From a methanogenic archaeon mixed culture ISO4-G1 (GTDB lineage Archaea; Thermoplasmatota; Thermoplasmata; Methanomassiliicoccales; Methanomethylophilaceae), in assembly GCA_001563305.1 (NCBI GenBank), contig CP013703.1, positions 1,039,773 to 1,103,772 of the forward strand: 64,000 nt of DNA. Direction: 5' to 3'. Every line of letters begins with the position of its first letter. Position 1 is the stretch's first letter. A program made the position numbers and the translations under genes. The notes under the pieces are model-generated. The model saw only the letters and a list, made by a program, of their open reading frames with translations. It did no database searches and was not told the DNA's origin. This document shows positions 38,815-47,614 of this stretch, piece by piece.

Positions 38815-39123
38815 ATGTCCTACGATGCAGAATCCGTCGACAAACTGACCGCACTGTATGTGAGCCAATCTCCCAACGCTTTCATCGCATTCTCCATGGA
38901 GGGGCTCCCGCAGGACAACCAGCACGCAGAGCGCTTCGACAAGGGAGCCGATGCGGAGCACAGCGAACTCACCTCATGCGACTACTGCTGCTGCAACGAC
39001 AAGGGATACTGCAACAGCTGGGGATGGCACCTCTGCGTCATCGGAACCGTCGTGGTCCTCGTGGCGTGCTGCTGCTACGCCACCGATGGATTCTTCGGCG
39101 TCTGGCCCTACTGGCCCTTCTGA
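38815..39123 (+). CDS. Cys-rich peptide (102 aa; candidate RiPP precursor or membrane-anchored Cys-rich peptide)
   Basis: N-terminal about 50 aa is leader-like. The C-terminal SCDYCCCNDKGYCNSWGWHLCVIGTVVVLVACCCYATDGFFGVWPYWPF has 9 Cys including two CCC triplets. It sits 48 bp upstream of a radical SAM/SPASM gene. Confidence 0.45.
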   Translation: MSYDAESVDKLTALYVSQSPNAFIAFSMEGLPQDNQHAERFDKGADAEHSELTSCDYCCCNDKGYCNSWGWHLCVIGTVVVLVACCCYATDGFFGVWPYWPF

Positions 39124-39171
39124 TCCGTCTGAAGTCCGTTCCTTTGCATCGTGGGACGGACCAGGGTTATC

Positions 39172-40296
39172 ATGAAGCCTCATATCACCATCGTCATCAA
39201 ACCGACATTATTCTGCAACACCGATTGCAAGCACTGTTACCACCCTCCCGAGGAGAGGGTCAAAGGGGACATCCCGCTGGAAAGGGTGGAGAAGATCATA
39301 AGGCTCGCCTCGCAGGAGTATCAGAGCGCCTGGTTCATCTGGCATGGAGGGGAGCCCATGACGCTGCCGATGTCGTTCTACAAGGAGGTCATCGGCCTCG
39401 AGGAGAAGTACTTCGGCAAGGACTCCATGAGATACGGGAACACCATCAACACCAACGGCACCCTTCTCAACAGGAGATTCATGGCGTACTGCCGTGAGAA
39501 GAAGATCAACATAGGCGTCTCTTACGAGGGGCCCTACAACGGCATCCTCAGGGCGGAGAATCTGGAGAAGACCTTGGGGACGCTCTCCGCCAAGGAGAAC
39601 ATGTATTCCGTCAGCGCCACCATCTCCAAGGAGACCGCATCGAAGCAGGCGGAGATATATAGGTACTTCAGGGACAAGGACATCGCGACGACGTTCGCCC
39701 CGGTCATCGGTGCAGGCTGCGGGAAGCCTTACGTACCGGACACGGAGGAGTTCGTCAAAGGGAGCATAGAGGCCTTCGACGAGTGGCTATACGACAACAA
39801 GGCTAGGGTCCCCCTCATGCCGTTCTACCAGTACATCAGGAACTATCTCGGGGAGCCCATACCCTCCGACTGTGCCCACACGTCCTGCCTGACCAAATGG
39901 ATCTGCCTGTACCCTGACGGTTCGCTGTATCCGTGCTCCAAGGCATGTCCCAAGGAATTCCTCATGGGGAACATCGATTCCGTCTCCTCGATAGACGAGG
40001 CATTCCAGTCCGAGGGCTTCAGGAACATCCTCATCGGCTCGATAAAGAGGCGCGAGAGATGTGCCAGCTGTGAGATATTCAAGTTCTGCAACGGAGGATG
40101 CAGCATAGATGCATGCTACGAGAACGGGCTCGAGGAGAATGGAGGCGCATCCTGCGAATCTTACAAGGCGATCTTCTCGCACGTCGTCGGCGAGATCCAG
40201 AGGATACTCGACGAGAAACCCGATATGGATGTTTATAACCCCTTTGTGAAGGATGCGGTCATCAACAAGCTGATCAATCCGAAGACCGTCGGATGA
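39172..40296 (+). CDS. radical SAM enzyme with SPASM domain (anSME / peptide-maturase-like)
   Basis: CNTDCKHC (Cx3Cx2C) at the N-terminus and C-terminal auxiliary-cluster cysteines (CxxCxxxxxCxxxC: CASCEIFKFCNGGCSIDAC; plus CSKAC). Confidence 0.8.
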   Translation: MKPHITIVIKPTLFCNTDCKHCYHPPEERVKGDIPLERVEKIIRLASQEYQSAWFIWHGGEPMTLPMSFYKEVIGLEEKYFGKDSMRYGNTINTNGTLLNRRFMAYCREKKINIGVSYEGPYNGILRAENLEKTLGTLSAKENMYSVSATISKETASKQAEIYRYFRDKDIATTFAPVIGAGCGKPYVPDTEEFVKGSIEAFDEWLYDNKARVPLMPFYQYIRNYLGEPIPSDCAHTSCLTKWICLYPDGSLYPCSKACPKEFLMGNIDSVSSIDEAFQSEGFRNILIGSIKRRERCASCEIFKFCNGGCSIDACYENGLEENGGASCESYKAIFSHVVGEIQRILDEKPDMDVYNPFVKDAVINKLINPKTVG

Positions 40297-41202
40297 TCAG
40301 TCGAAGATGCCCGTGCTCATGTACTTGTCCCCGCCATCAGGCAGGATTGCGAGTATGACCTTGTCAGGCCCCTCTTCCGCTTTTCTGAGGGCTGCGTACA
40401 CCGCCGCACCCGATGATATGCCGCAGAATATCCCCTCCTTCCTGGCCATCTCCACGGTCGTGGCTATCGCATCGTCGCCCTTCACAGCCACTACATCGGC
40501 CAGCAGGGACCTGTCGAATATGCTAGGAACGAAGTTCGCACCGATCCCCTGGATCTTGTGGGGGCCGGCCTTCCCTTCCGTCACCAGAGGGCTCTCGTAG
40601 GGCTCCACCCCTATGACCTTTGCCTTGGACCCGGCATCCCTGAAAGCCATCGCCAGACCGCAAGCGGTCCCTGCGGTCCCGAATCCAGCGAACACGTAAT
40701 CGACATCCGGGAGGTCGCGGAGTATCTCCTTGCCGGTCCCGACACGGTGTGCGACCGCGTTCATCGGGTTGTCGAACTGCCCGCATATCCATCCGCCGGT
40801 CTCCTTGGCGATCTCCTCCGCCTTCCTCACGGCCCCTCCCATGCCCTCGCTGCCCGGGGTCAGTACTATCTCGGCCCCATAAGCATGTATGGCCTGCCTC
40901 CTCTCAACGGACATTGTGTCAGGCATGACGATTATGGCCCTGTAACCGCGGACGGCGGAGATCATCGCTATCGCGATACCGGTGTTGCCCGAAGTGGGCT
41001 CCACTATAGTTCCGCCCTCCTTCAGTATGCCCCTCGCCACGGCATCCTCTATCATCGAGAGCACCGCACGGTCCTTGATGGATCCACCGGGATTCCCGCG
41101 CTCCGGTTTGACATAGACCTTCGAACCCTCCTTGGGAAGGCGGTTCAGACGGACTATGGGCGTCTCTCCGATCGTTTCGATGATGCTGTCGTATATGGGC
41201 AT
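40297..41202 (-). CDS. cysK: cysteine synthase (O-acetylserine sulfhydrylase), PLP-dependent
   Basis: PLP-lysine context GGSIKDR, GNTG loop, about 301 aa. Start at internal MPIYDS. Confidence 0.8.
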   Translation of the reverse strand: MPIYDSIIETIGETPIVRLNRLPKEGSKVYVKPERGNPGGSIKDRAVLSMIEDAVARGILKEGGTIVEPTSGNTGIAIAMISAVRGYRAIIVMPDTMSVERRQAIHAYGAEIVLTPGSEGMGGAVRKAEEIAKETGGWICGQFDNPMNAVAHRVGTGKEILRDLPDVDYVFAGFGTAGTACGLAMAFRDAGSKAKVIGVEPYESPLVTEGKAGPHKIQGIGANFVPSIFDRSLLADVVAVKGDDAIATTVEMARKEGIFCGISSGAAVYAALRKAEEGPDKVILAILPDGGDKYMSTGIFD

Positions 41203-41284
41203 GCGGGGAAAATCGCGCGGACCCGTAATTAATGTATCGGACACCGACCAAACGCTAAAATTCTGGTCCCTGTTAACGGGCATC

Positions 41285-42647
41285 ATGGAGTACTCGGCAT
41301 CGGAGGTCAGGGCGGTTCAGCTTGCATGCTACGTCTCGGCGTTCATCACGCCCCTGCTGAGTACCATGATGAACCTCTCGCTGATCAACATCGGAGAGGA
41401 CTTCGATGTGGGATCCCACGATCTGGCCTACATCAACTCTGCTTTCCTCCTGGCATCGGTCATATTCATGGTCCCGTTCGCCAAGCTCGCAGACATCGTC
41501 GGGAAGAAGAGACTGTTCGTTATAGGGCTGCTTCATCGCCTGCTTCGCACCGGTATTCTGGGTGGTCATCCTGGGAAGGGCGATCATAGGCGTAGGCGCC
41601 TCATCGCTGGCTATGGTCAGCATATCCATACTCACGGATGTGGTCCCGCCGGAGAGGAGAGGGACCGCCATCGGATATCAGACAATGTTCGTCTACATGG
41701 GACTATCCTTCGGACCCGCCCTCGGCGGAGCCCTGAACGACCTGGTCGGATGGAGGCTGCTGTTCCTGATCACCGTCCCGATGGCCGTAGCATCGACGAT
41801 CATCATTCTGACCGGATTCCACAAAGAGATCGCGGTCGACAAGGACGGGTCGTTCGACCTCAGGAACTCGGTGCTGTACGGAGCGGCGATGCTGCTCTCC
41901 ATGGGCGGTGTGATGAACCTCCCGGCGGTTTGGGCGGCAGTCTGCGTCGTTATCGGAATACTCCTGCTGGCACTGTTCGTGAGATCACAGATCAACAACA
42001 GCAGATGCCTCCTGAACATGGGACTGTTCAAGAACTGGACCTTCAGCGGGTCCTGCCTCGCCGCATTCATGAACTACGCCTCGTCGTTCTCGATATCCTT
42101 CTTCCTCGCGCTGTACCTGCAGAGCATCGGCGGGCTCACCGCCACTGAAGCAGGTCTGCTAATGATAGTCCAGCCCGTGGTCCAGTGCATATTCACCCCG
42201 TTCTTCGGCAAACTTACCGACAGGATTTCGAACAAGATCATACTCCCCACAGTGGGAATGATCCTCACGTCCATCTGCATCCTGACCTATGTGTTCTACA
42301 CCCTGGACACACCGAAATACGTCGTGGCCATGTCGATGGTAATCGGAGGTTTCGGATTCGCGATGTTCTCGGCTCCGAACAGCACCCTGATCATGTCCTC
42401 CGTCCCCAAGGAGCACTCCAGCGAGGCCTCCGCAGTACTGTCCGTCATGAGACAGACCGGGATGATGGTCAGCATGGGCATCGCCATGACATACATCACC
42501 GTGATCATGGGTTCCACCGACAATCTCGGTCCCGAGACCTACGGCCTGTTCCTTCAGGTCTTGGAGCTCTCCATGATCACCTGCTTCATCATGTGCATCA
42601 TCGGGACGATAGCCTCGATTTCCAGAGGCAAACCTAAACAATTTTAA
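41285..42647 (+). pseudogene. MFS transporter gene interrupted by a +1 frameshift near 41524-41528 (GGG run)
   Basis: Frame-2 ORF encodes TM1-3 up to ...KKRLFVIG. Frame 0 continues directly with GCFIACFAPVFWVVILGRAIIGVGASS... (MFS TM4/5). Deleting one G from 'ataggg' restores a single roughly 450-aa MFS protein. Confidence 0.5.
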
Positions 42648-42699
42648 ACGGTTTTAACTCGAAATAATCGCTTTATAGTCATTTTACCATGATTCTGCT

Positions 42700-43740
42700 A
42701 TGGATGAGGCGGCGAAAACCAACTTCGATTTTCAGAAGATAGTCGCTGCCGTAGGATTCATCCTGATGGCCCTGAAATTCCTCGCCGTCTACCTCACCGG
42801 CTCCATGGCCATCCTGACGGATGCTCTGGAATCCATCGTCAACGTTGTGGCCGCCTTCATAGGCCTGTACGCTCTGTATCTGTCAGCACAACCTGCGGAC
42901 AAATCGCATCCGTTCGGGCACGGGAAGGTAGAGAACATCTCCGCCCTGATCGAAGGGAGCATGATCCTCATCGCTGGATTGATCATCATCAGCGAATCGA
43001 TAAGGTCGCTCCTGAACCCCGGCGAGATCAGGCAGCTCGATATCGGACTGGTCATCGTCGCCGCGGCGGCGTTGGTGAATTACGTCGTGGGAAGGGCCGC
43101 CATCAGCAAGGGGAAGAAGACCCGCTCGCCCGCACTGGTCGCGAGCGGAAGGCACCTGTGCTCGGACACGTATTCCTCCGTGGGCATCCTCCTGGGACTG
43201 TTCGTCGTGTACATCGCCATAGGCATGGGCTACGACGCGGCGTGGCTGGACTCTTCCATCGCCATAATCTTCGGTGTCATCATCGGTTACACAGGCATCA
43301 AGGTCGTCAAGCGGAGCATGGACGATGCCATGGACAGGACGGACGAGGAACTGCTGGAGGACATCACCGCCATCATCAACGAGTACAGGCACAACGACTG
43401 GATCGACATCTACAGGCTCAGGATCATAAAGTACGGCCACAACCTGTTCGTGGACATGCATCTGGTCCTCCCCAAGGAGCTGTCCATCGAGGATACGTAC
43501 GACGAGGAGTGCGAGCTCGGGGAGGCGCTGAGGTCCAGATACGGGGATGCCGTGGAGCTGTCCATCACCCCCAGCCCCTGCAGCGAGATGTTCTGCCGGT
43601 TCTGCGACAGGACCTGTCCCCGCAGGGCCGAGGATTTCGAGAAGTATCTCAAATGGACCTCCGAATCGCTCATCTCGAAGTACCGCCACAACCCTCCCCG
43701 GATGGTCCTCATCGACGATTCTATAAAGCAGGATGACTGA
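42700..43740 (+). CDS. cation diffusion facilitator (CDF) transporter with Cys-rich C-terminal tail
   Basis: HPFGHGKVE motif, 6 TM helices, cytoplasmic domain, then C-terminal CSEMFCRFCDRTCP. Confidence 0.8.
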   Translation: MDEAAKTNFDFQKIVAAVGFILMALKFLAVYLTGSMAILTDALESIVNVVAAFIGLYALYLSAQPADKSHPFGHGKVENISALIEGSMILIAGLIIISESIRSLLNPGEIRQLDIGLVIVAAAALVNYVVGRAAISKGKKTRSPALVASGRHLCSDTYSSVGILLGLFVVYIAIGMGYDAAWLDSSIAIIFGVIIGYTGIKVVKRSMDDAMDRTDEELLEDITAIINEYRHNDWIDIYRLRIIKYGHNLFVDMHLVLPKELSIEDTYDEECELGEALRSRYGDAVELSITPSPCSEMFCRFCDRTCPRRAEDFEKYLKWTSESLISKYRHNPPRMVLIDDSIKQDD

Positions 43741-44329
43741 TTCACCCAGCATGGCACAGGCGATTCCCAGCGAGATTTCCGAGGCTGGATTAGTAGATTG
43801 GTTCGATTCACTGAACGATATGAACAAGGTGAAGGTCAAGAGGTATCTGGCCGACATCGATACAAGCTCCAAGAAGGGGTTCCTTGTAGACCTCATGAAG
43901 CGTTCCAGCGACGACCACAACTACGGGCTCTCGATCATCGCGGGACAGTACGCCCTGCAGCAGGACCTCTGCGACTACGACCGCTTCATGGTCACCGAGG
44001 CCTACATCGACGGGCTCTTCGGAAGCGAGGATGCCGAGGCGACCAAGGAGCAGTGCTGCAAGAACCTGGACCTGTTCCCTTCGGTAAAGGACCGCTTCAT
44101 CAAGGAGAACGGAGGGGAGCTGCCCAAGACGATCATGTGCCGCAACAGGCTCATCGACGTGCTCGTCGGGATGGAGTCCGACTACGATTCCGCGCTCGAG
44201 GCCTTGGATGACTTCGTGGAGATCGGCATACTCGACCCCGCGGAACTCGACTACAGGAAGCAGAGCCTCAAGATCCACAAGATGCAGAGGACCTTCGACA
44301 ACGTGTTCTCGATCAGTCCGAAGAACTGA
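43733..44329 (+). CDS. hypothetical protein (198 aa)
   Basis: Intact ORF overlapping the CDF stop. No motifs recognised. Confidence 0.4.
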   Translation: MTDSPSMAQAIPSEISEAGLVDWFDSLNDMNKVKVKRYLADIDTSSKKGFLVDLMKRSSDDHNYGLSIIAGQYALQQDLCDYDRFMVTEAYIDGLFGSEDAEATKEQCCKNLDLFPSVKDRFIKENGGELPKTIMCRNRLIDVLVGMESDYDSALEALDDFVEIGILDPAELDYRKQSLKIHKMQRTFDNVFSISPKN

Positions 44330-44696
44330 ACCTCTTCCATCCGAACATCGGTATGACATCGATGGCTGGCTCTTCGTAAGGATGTACCCTTACGATGGCC
44401 TCCACGGCCCTGCCGACATCCTTCTCCTTCACGGCGAACTCGACCCTCATCTCGTCCGCGACCTCGATCCTTCCGATGGTGCCGTTGTAGGGATCCGACC
44501 CATTCTGGGGCCTCCATGTGCCCTTGATGGGCCAATACATGAACGTACGGTCGTATTTCGGATAGACCGGCTCAATGGCCTCTGTGACAGTATCCATCAG
44601 CCTTTCCAAGAACTCTGCGGGGATGTTCACCCCGATCTTGAAGATATCAGGACTTTCCTGCGTCATATTCCTTGATGATCCTGTCGATCTCAGCAA
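44313..44696 (-). CDS. hypothetical conserved protein (about 117-127 aa)
   Basis: Coding-like composition. Start probably the internal MTQESPD, given the overlap with the PHP gene. Confidence 0.35.
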   Translation of the reverse strand: MLRSTGSSRNMTQESPDIFKIGVNIPAEFLERLMDTVTEAIEPVYPKYDRTFMYWPIKGTWRPQNGSDPYNGTIGRIEVADEMRVEFAVKEKDVGRAVEAIVRVHPYEEPAIDVIPMFGWKRFSSSD

Positions 44697-45594
44697 GACG
44701 CTGAGGAATCTCCTTCTCCATCCTCCTCGCCCCGCGGGCGAGCCAGGCTGTGCTCAGCGCGGTGGCGAGACCGCTCATCCACGGTGTGGCGTAGGCGTAT
44801 GCGGCGAATATACCAGTGACCTTCTTCAGGTCGTTGACGCTGAGGATCTTCTCTATGAGATGGTCGTTGGGGACCTGCTCGAGCTTCCCGAACAGGGCCT
44901 TCCTCATGAGCTTCGCTCCGCCCAATGCGACCTCGATGCTCCACTGCACCTGTCCGAGGACCGGTGCTGGAACGCCAGCCGCCTTGGTCGTCCTGTTGAG
45001 GATCGATTTCCTGAGGTCCTCCGCGGTGGTGCCCTCGAACTCCGTCCAGTTGTAGCCGGAGGTGTATACCGAATGTGCATCGGATCCTGAGATCTCCGCC
45101 CATCTCTTGGGATATCTGTCCATGACCATCTTCGCGAACTTGTTGGAATACTTGTCCGGATGCCCGCCGTTGATGGTCTCGAAACCGTCGATGTCCAGCG
45201 TCAGGATCTGCTCCTTGAGTCCGAACACATGGTAGCTGAACGGGTGGGGCGCTATCACAAGACCGCCCTGTTCGCGGATGATGTCGACGGTCTCCTCGAT
45301 CGGAAGGTCCTCGGGGATCCTCTCGGTCAGGAACAGTCCTATGACCTCCCCGTCGTGGGTGGTGACCTCCTCCCCTGCGATGACCTCGATGTCGTCGAAC
45401 TTCTTGGCGTACTCCTGGGCGATGAAGGCGGCCGCGGTCTCGTCGTGGTCTGTTATGGCGATGACGTCCATCCCGTTCTTCCTTCCCTTGTCGACCTGCA
45501 TGGCCGGCGAGAGCACGGATTCCGGGAACTTCATCACTCCGAGCTTGGAGAATCCCGAGTATTGCGTATGCAGATGTGTATCGGCTTTTCCCAT
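44647..45594 (-). CDS. PHP-domain metal-dependent phosphoesterase
   Basis: N-terminal DTHLHTQYS and further His/Asp ligands (ITDHD, PHP, GSDAH). Confidence 0.7.
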   Translation of the reverse strand: MGKADTHLHTQYSGFSKLGVMKFPESVLSPAMQVDKGRKNGMDVIAITDHDETAAAFIAQEYAKKFDDIEVIAGEEVTTHDGEVIGLFLTERIPEDLPIEETVDIIREQGGLVIAPHPFSYHVFGLKEQILTLDIDGFETINGGHPDKYSNKFAKMVMDRYPKRWAEISGSDAHSVYTSGYNWTEFEGTTAEDLRKSILNRTTKAAGVPAPVLGQVQWSIEVALGGAKLMRKALFGKLEQVPNDHLIEKILSVNDLKKVTGIFAAYAYATPWMSGLATALSTAWLARGARRMEKEIPQRLAEIDRIIKEYDAGKS

Positions 45595-45612
45595 CTCAAT
45601 CCCCTGCGATTA

Positions 45613-47403
45613 TCACTGTGCGACCTGCTGGGTCACATCAGAGTAGTAATACTCCCCTTTGGACTTCTGCTCCCTATCTAGCCTCGAATCCGGCTTGTTT
45701 ATCCTCGGACGGTGGGAGTCAGCGTCCCTTCTAAATGTAATGTCTACGGCCTCGAGGAACCTGTTCATTCCTTCGCGCATGTCGAACGGTCCGTCTCCGA
45801 AACCGTGGTGTCCCGGATCCCCTCCGAACACCATCATGGAGTCGGAGACCATGTCCAGGAAGTAGATGTCGTGGTCGACGATCATTCCGCTGCGTCCGGT
45901 CTTCTCCATCATCCTCCTGATGGTCTTCGCTGCGTTCATCCTCTGGTTGGAATCCAGATACGCCGAGGGCTCGTCGAACAGGTACATGTCCGCTTCCGTC
46001 GCGAGGCACATCGTGATGGCCACACGCTGAAGCTCTCCTCCGGAGAGGTTCTTCACCTGCTTGTCCATGAGGTATTTGATACCGAGCGGTTCCAGTACCT
46101 CTCCGTTGAAGAAGCTGGTATTGACCGTGTCGTAGTACTTCATGAACAGGAGGTCCTGCACCGTCCCGTCGAAGTCGGCCGAGATGTACTGCGGCTTGTA
46201 GGCCACCTTGACCTTGTTGTCCATCTCTCCCGAATCGGGTTCGATGGCCCCCGCCAGCATCTTGACGAAGGTGGTCTTTCCCGTAGCATTGGGACCTACG
46301 ATACCTACGGATTCGCCGATCTTGACGGCCCCTCCGGAGATATCAAGCTTGAACTCCCCGAAATCCTTCTTCAGTCCCTTGAATGAAATGATGTCCGCTG
46401 TCTGCCAGTCCGCTCTGGGTGGCGATGCGGCGAACTCGATCGGCCTGTCCCTGAACCTGATATTCTCCTCGGGGAGATAACCGTCGAGATAGACGTTGAT
46501 GGCCGTCCTGACCTGCCTGGGCATGGTGAACACTCCGTATGCCCCCTCGGTTCCGTAGACGACGTTCACGTTGTCGGCCAGAAAGTCCAGGATCGCCAGG
46601 TCGTGCTCTATGACCATGACCTGCTTCTCCATGCTGAGGTCCTTGATGAGCCTGGCCATCTTGACCCTCTGGTAGATGTCCAGATACGATGTGGGTTCGT
46701 CGAAGAAGTAGACGTCCGCGTCCTTCATCATCGTGGCCGCCATGGCCAGACGCTGAAGCTCTCCTCCTGAGAGTTTCGACAGCTCCCTGTCGATGACCTC
46801 GGTGAGGTCGAAGATCTCCGCCGCCTCCTCCACGGTCATGCGCTCCTGGACCTTCGAGAGGAGGTCCCTGACGACGCCGTTGGATGCCTTGGGAAGCAGA
46901 TCGACGTACTGGGGCTTGATAGCGGTCTTGACCTTCCCGTCGTAGACGTTCTTCAGATACTCATGGAGCTCGGTACCAGCGAAATGCTTGAGGACCTCCT
47001 CCTTGGAGGGCGGGTTCTCGTAGTTACCGAGGTTGGGGATCTCGGCCCCGGAAAGCATCTTGATAGCGGTGGACTTTCCGATTCCGTTCGGTCCCAGGAT
47101 ACCGGTGACCAGCCCCTTCTTGGGAACGGGCAGCCTGTAGAGGCGGAAGCTGTTCTCGCCGTACTGGTGGATCATCTGCTCCTTCAGCTCGTCGGCGAGA
47201 CCGATGATCTTGACGGCGTCGAAGTTGCACTTGTTGACGCATATACCGCATCCCTGGCAGAGCTCCTCCGAGATTATGGGCTTGCCCCTCTCTCCGAAGG
47301 TAACACATTCCACACCGGTCCTGTTCAGGGGACAGAACTTCTCGCATTCGTGATTGCACTTCTTGTTCTGGCATCTGTCTACCAGGACTGCCGCTATCCG
47401 CAT
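45613..47403 (-). CDS. abcE1: ribosome recycling/translation factor ABCE1 (RNase L inhibitor homologue)
   Basis: N-terminal 2x[4Fe-4S] domain (CNHECEKFCP; CQGCGICVNKC) and twin ABC cassettes. 596 aa. Confidence 0.9.
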   Translation of the reverse strand: MRIAAVLVDRCQNKKCNHECEKFCPLNRTGVECVTFGERGKPIISEELCQGCGICVNKCNFDAVKIIGLADELKEQMIHQYGENSFRLYRLPVPKKGLVTGILGPNGIGKSTAIKMLSGAEIPNLGNYENPPSKEEVLKHFAGTELHEYLKNVYDGKVKTAIKPQYVDLLPKASNGVVRDLLSKVQERMTVEEAAEIFDLTEVIDRELSKLSGGELQRLAMAATMMKDADVYFFDEPTSYLDIYQRVKMARLIKDLSMEKQVMVIEHDLAILDFLADNVNVVYGTEGAYGVFTMPRQVRTAINVYLDGYLPEENIRFRDRPIEFAASPPRADWQTADIISFKGLKKDFGEFKLDISGGAVKIGESVGIVGPNATGKTTFVKMLAGAIEPDSGEMDNKVKVAYKPQYISADFDGTVQDLLFMKYYDTVNTSFFNGEVLEPLGIKYLMDKQVKNLSGGELQRVAITMCLATEADMYLFDEPSAYLDSNQRMNAAKTIRRMMEKTGRSGMIVDHDIYFLDMVSDSMMVFGGDPGHHGFGDGPFDMREGMNRFLEAVDITFRRDADSHRPRINKPDSRLDREQKSKGEYYYSDVTQQVAQ

Positions 47404-47614
47404 GGGATGGCCGATTCAATCTTAATATAAATATAATTAGACTCGACCCCTCGATGCCGATGAAGCAAAACAACGATCCACGATCCTTAGATTTGCATCA
47501 TCTGGCACATTCTGATTCCATATCGAAAACACCGCACATGGCCAGCACCTCTGGTCGTGTGTGCCCACGCGTAATCAATTAATAAAGCGTGCACAATTGA
47601 GGGGCGGTTTCAAA

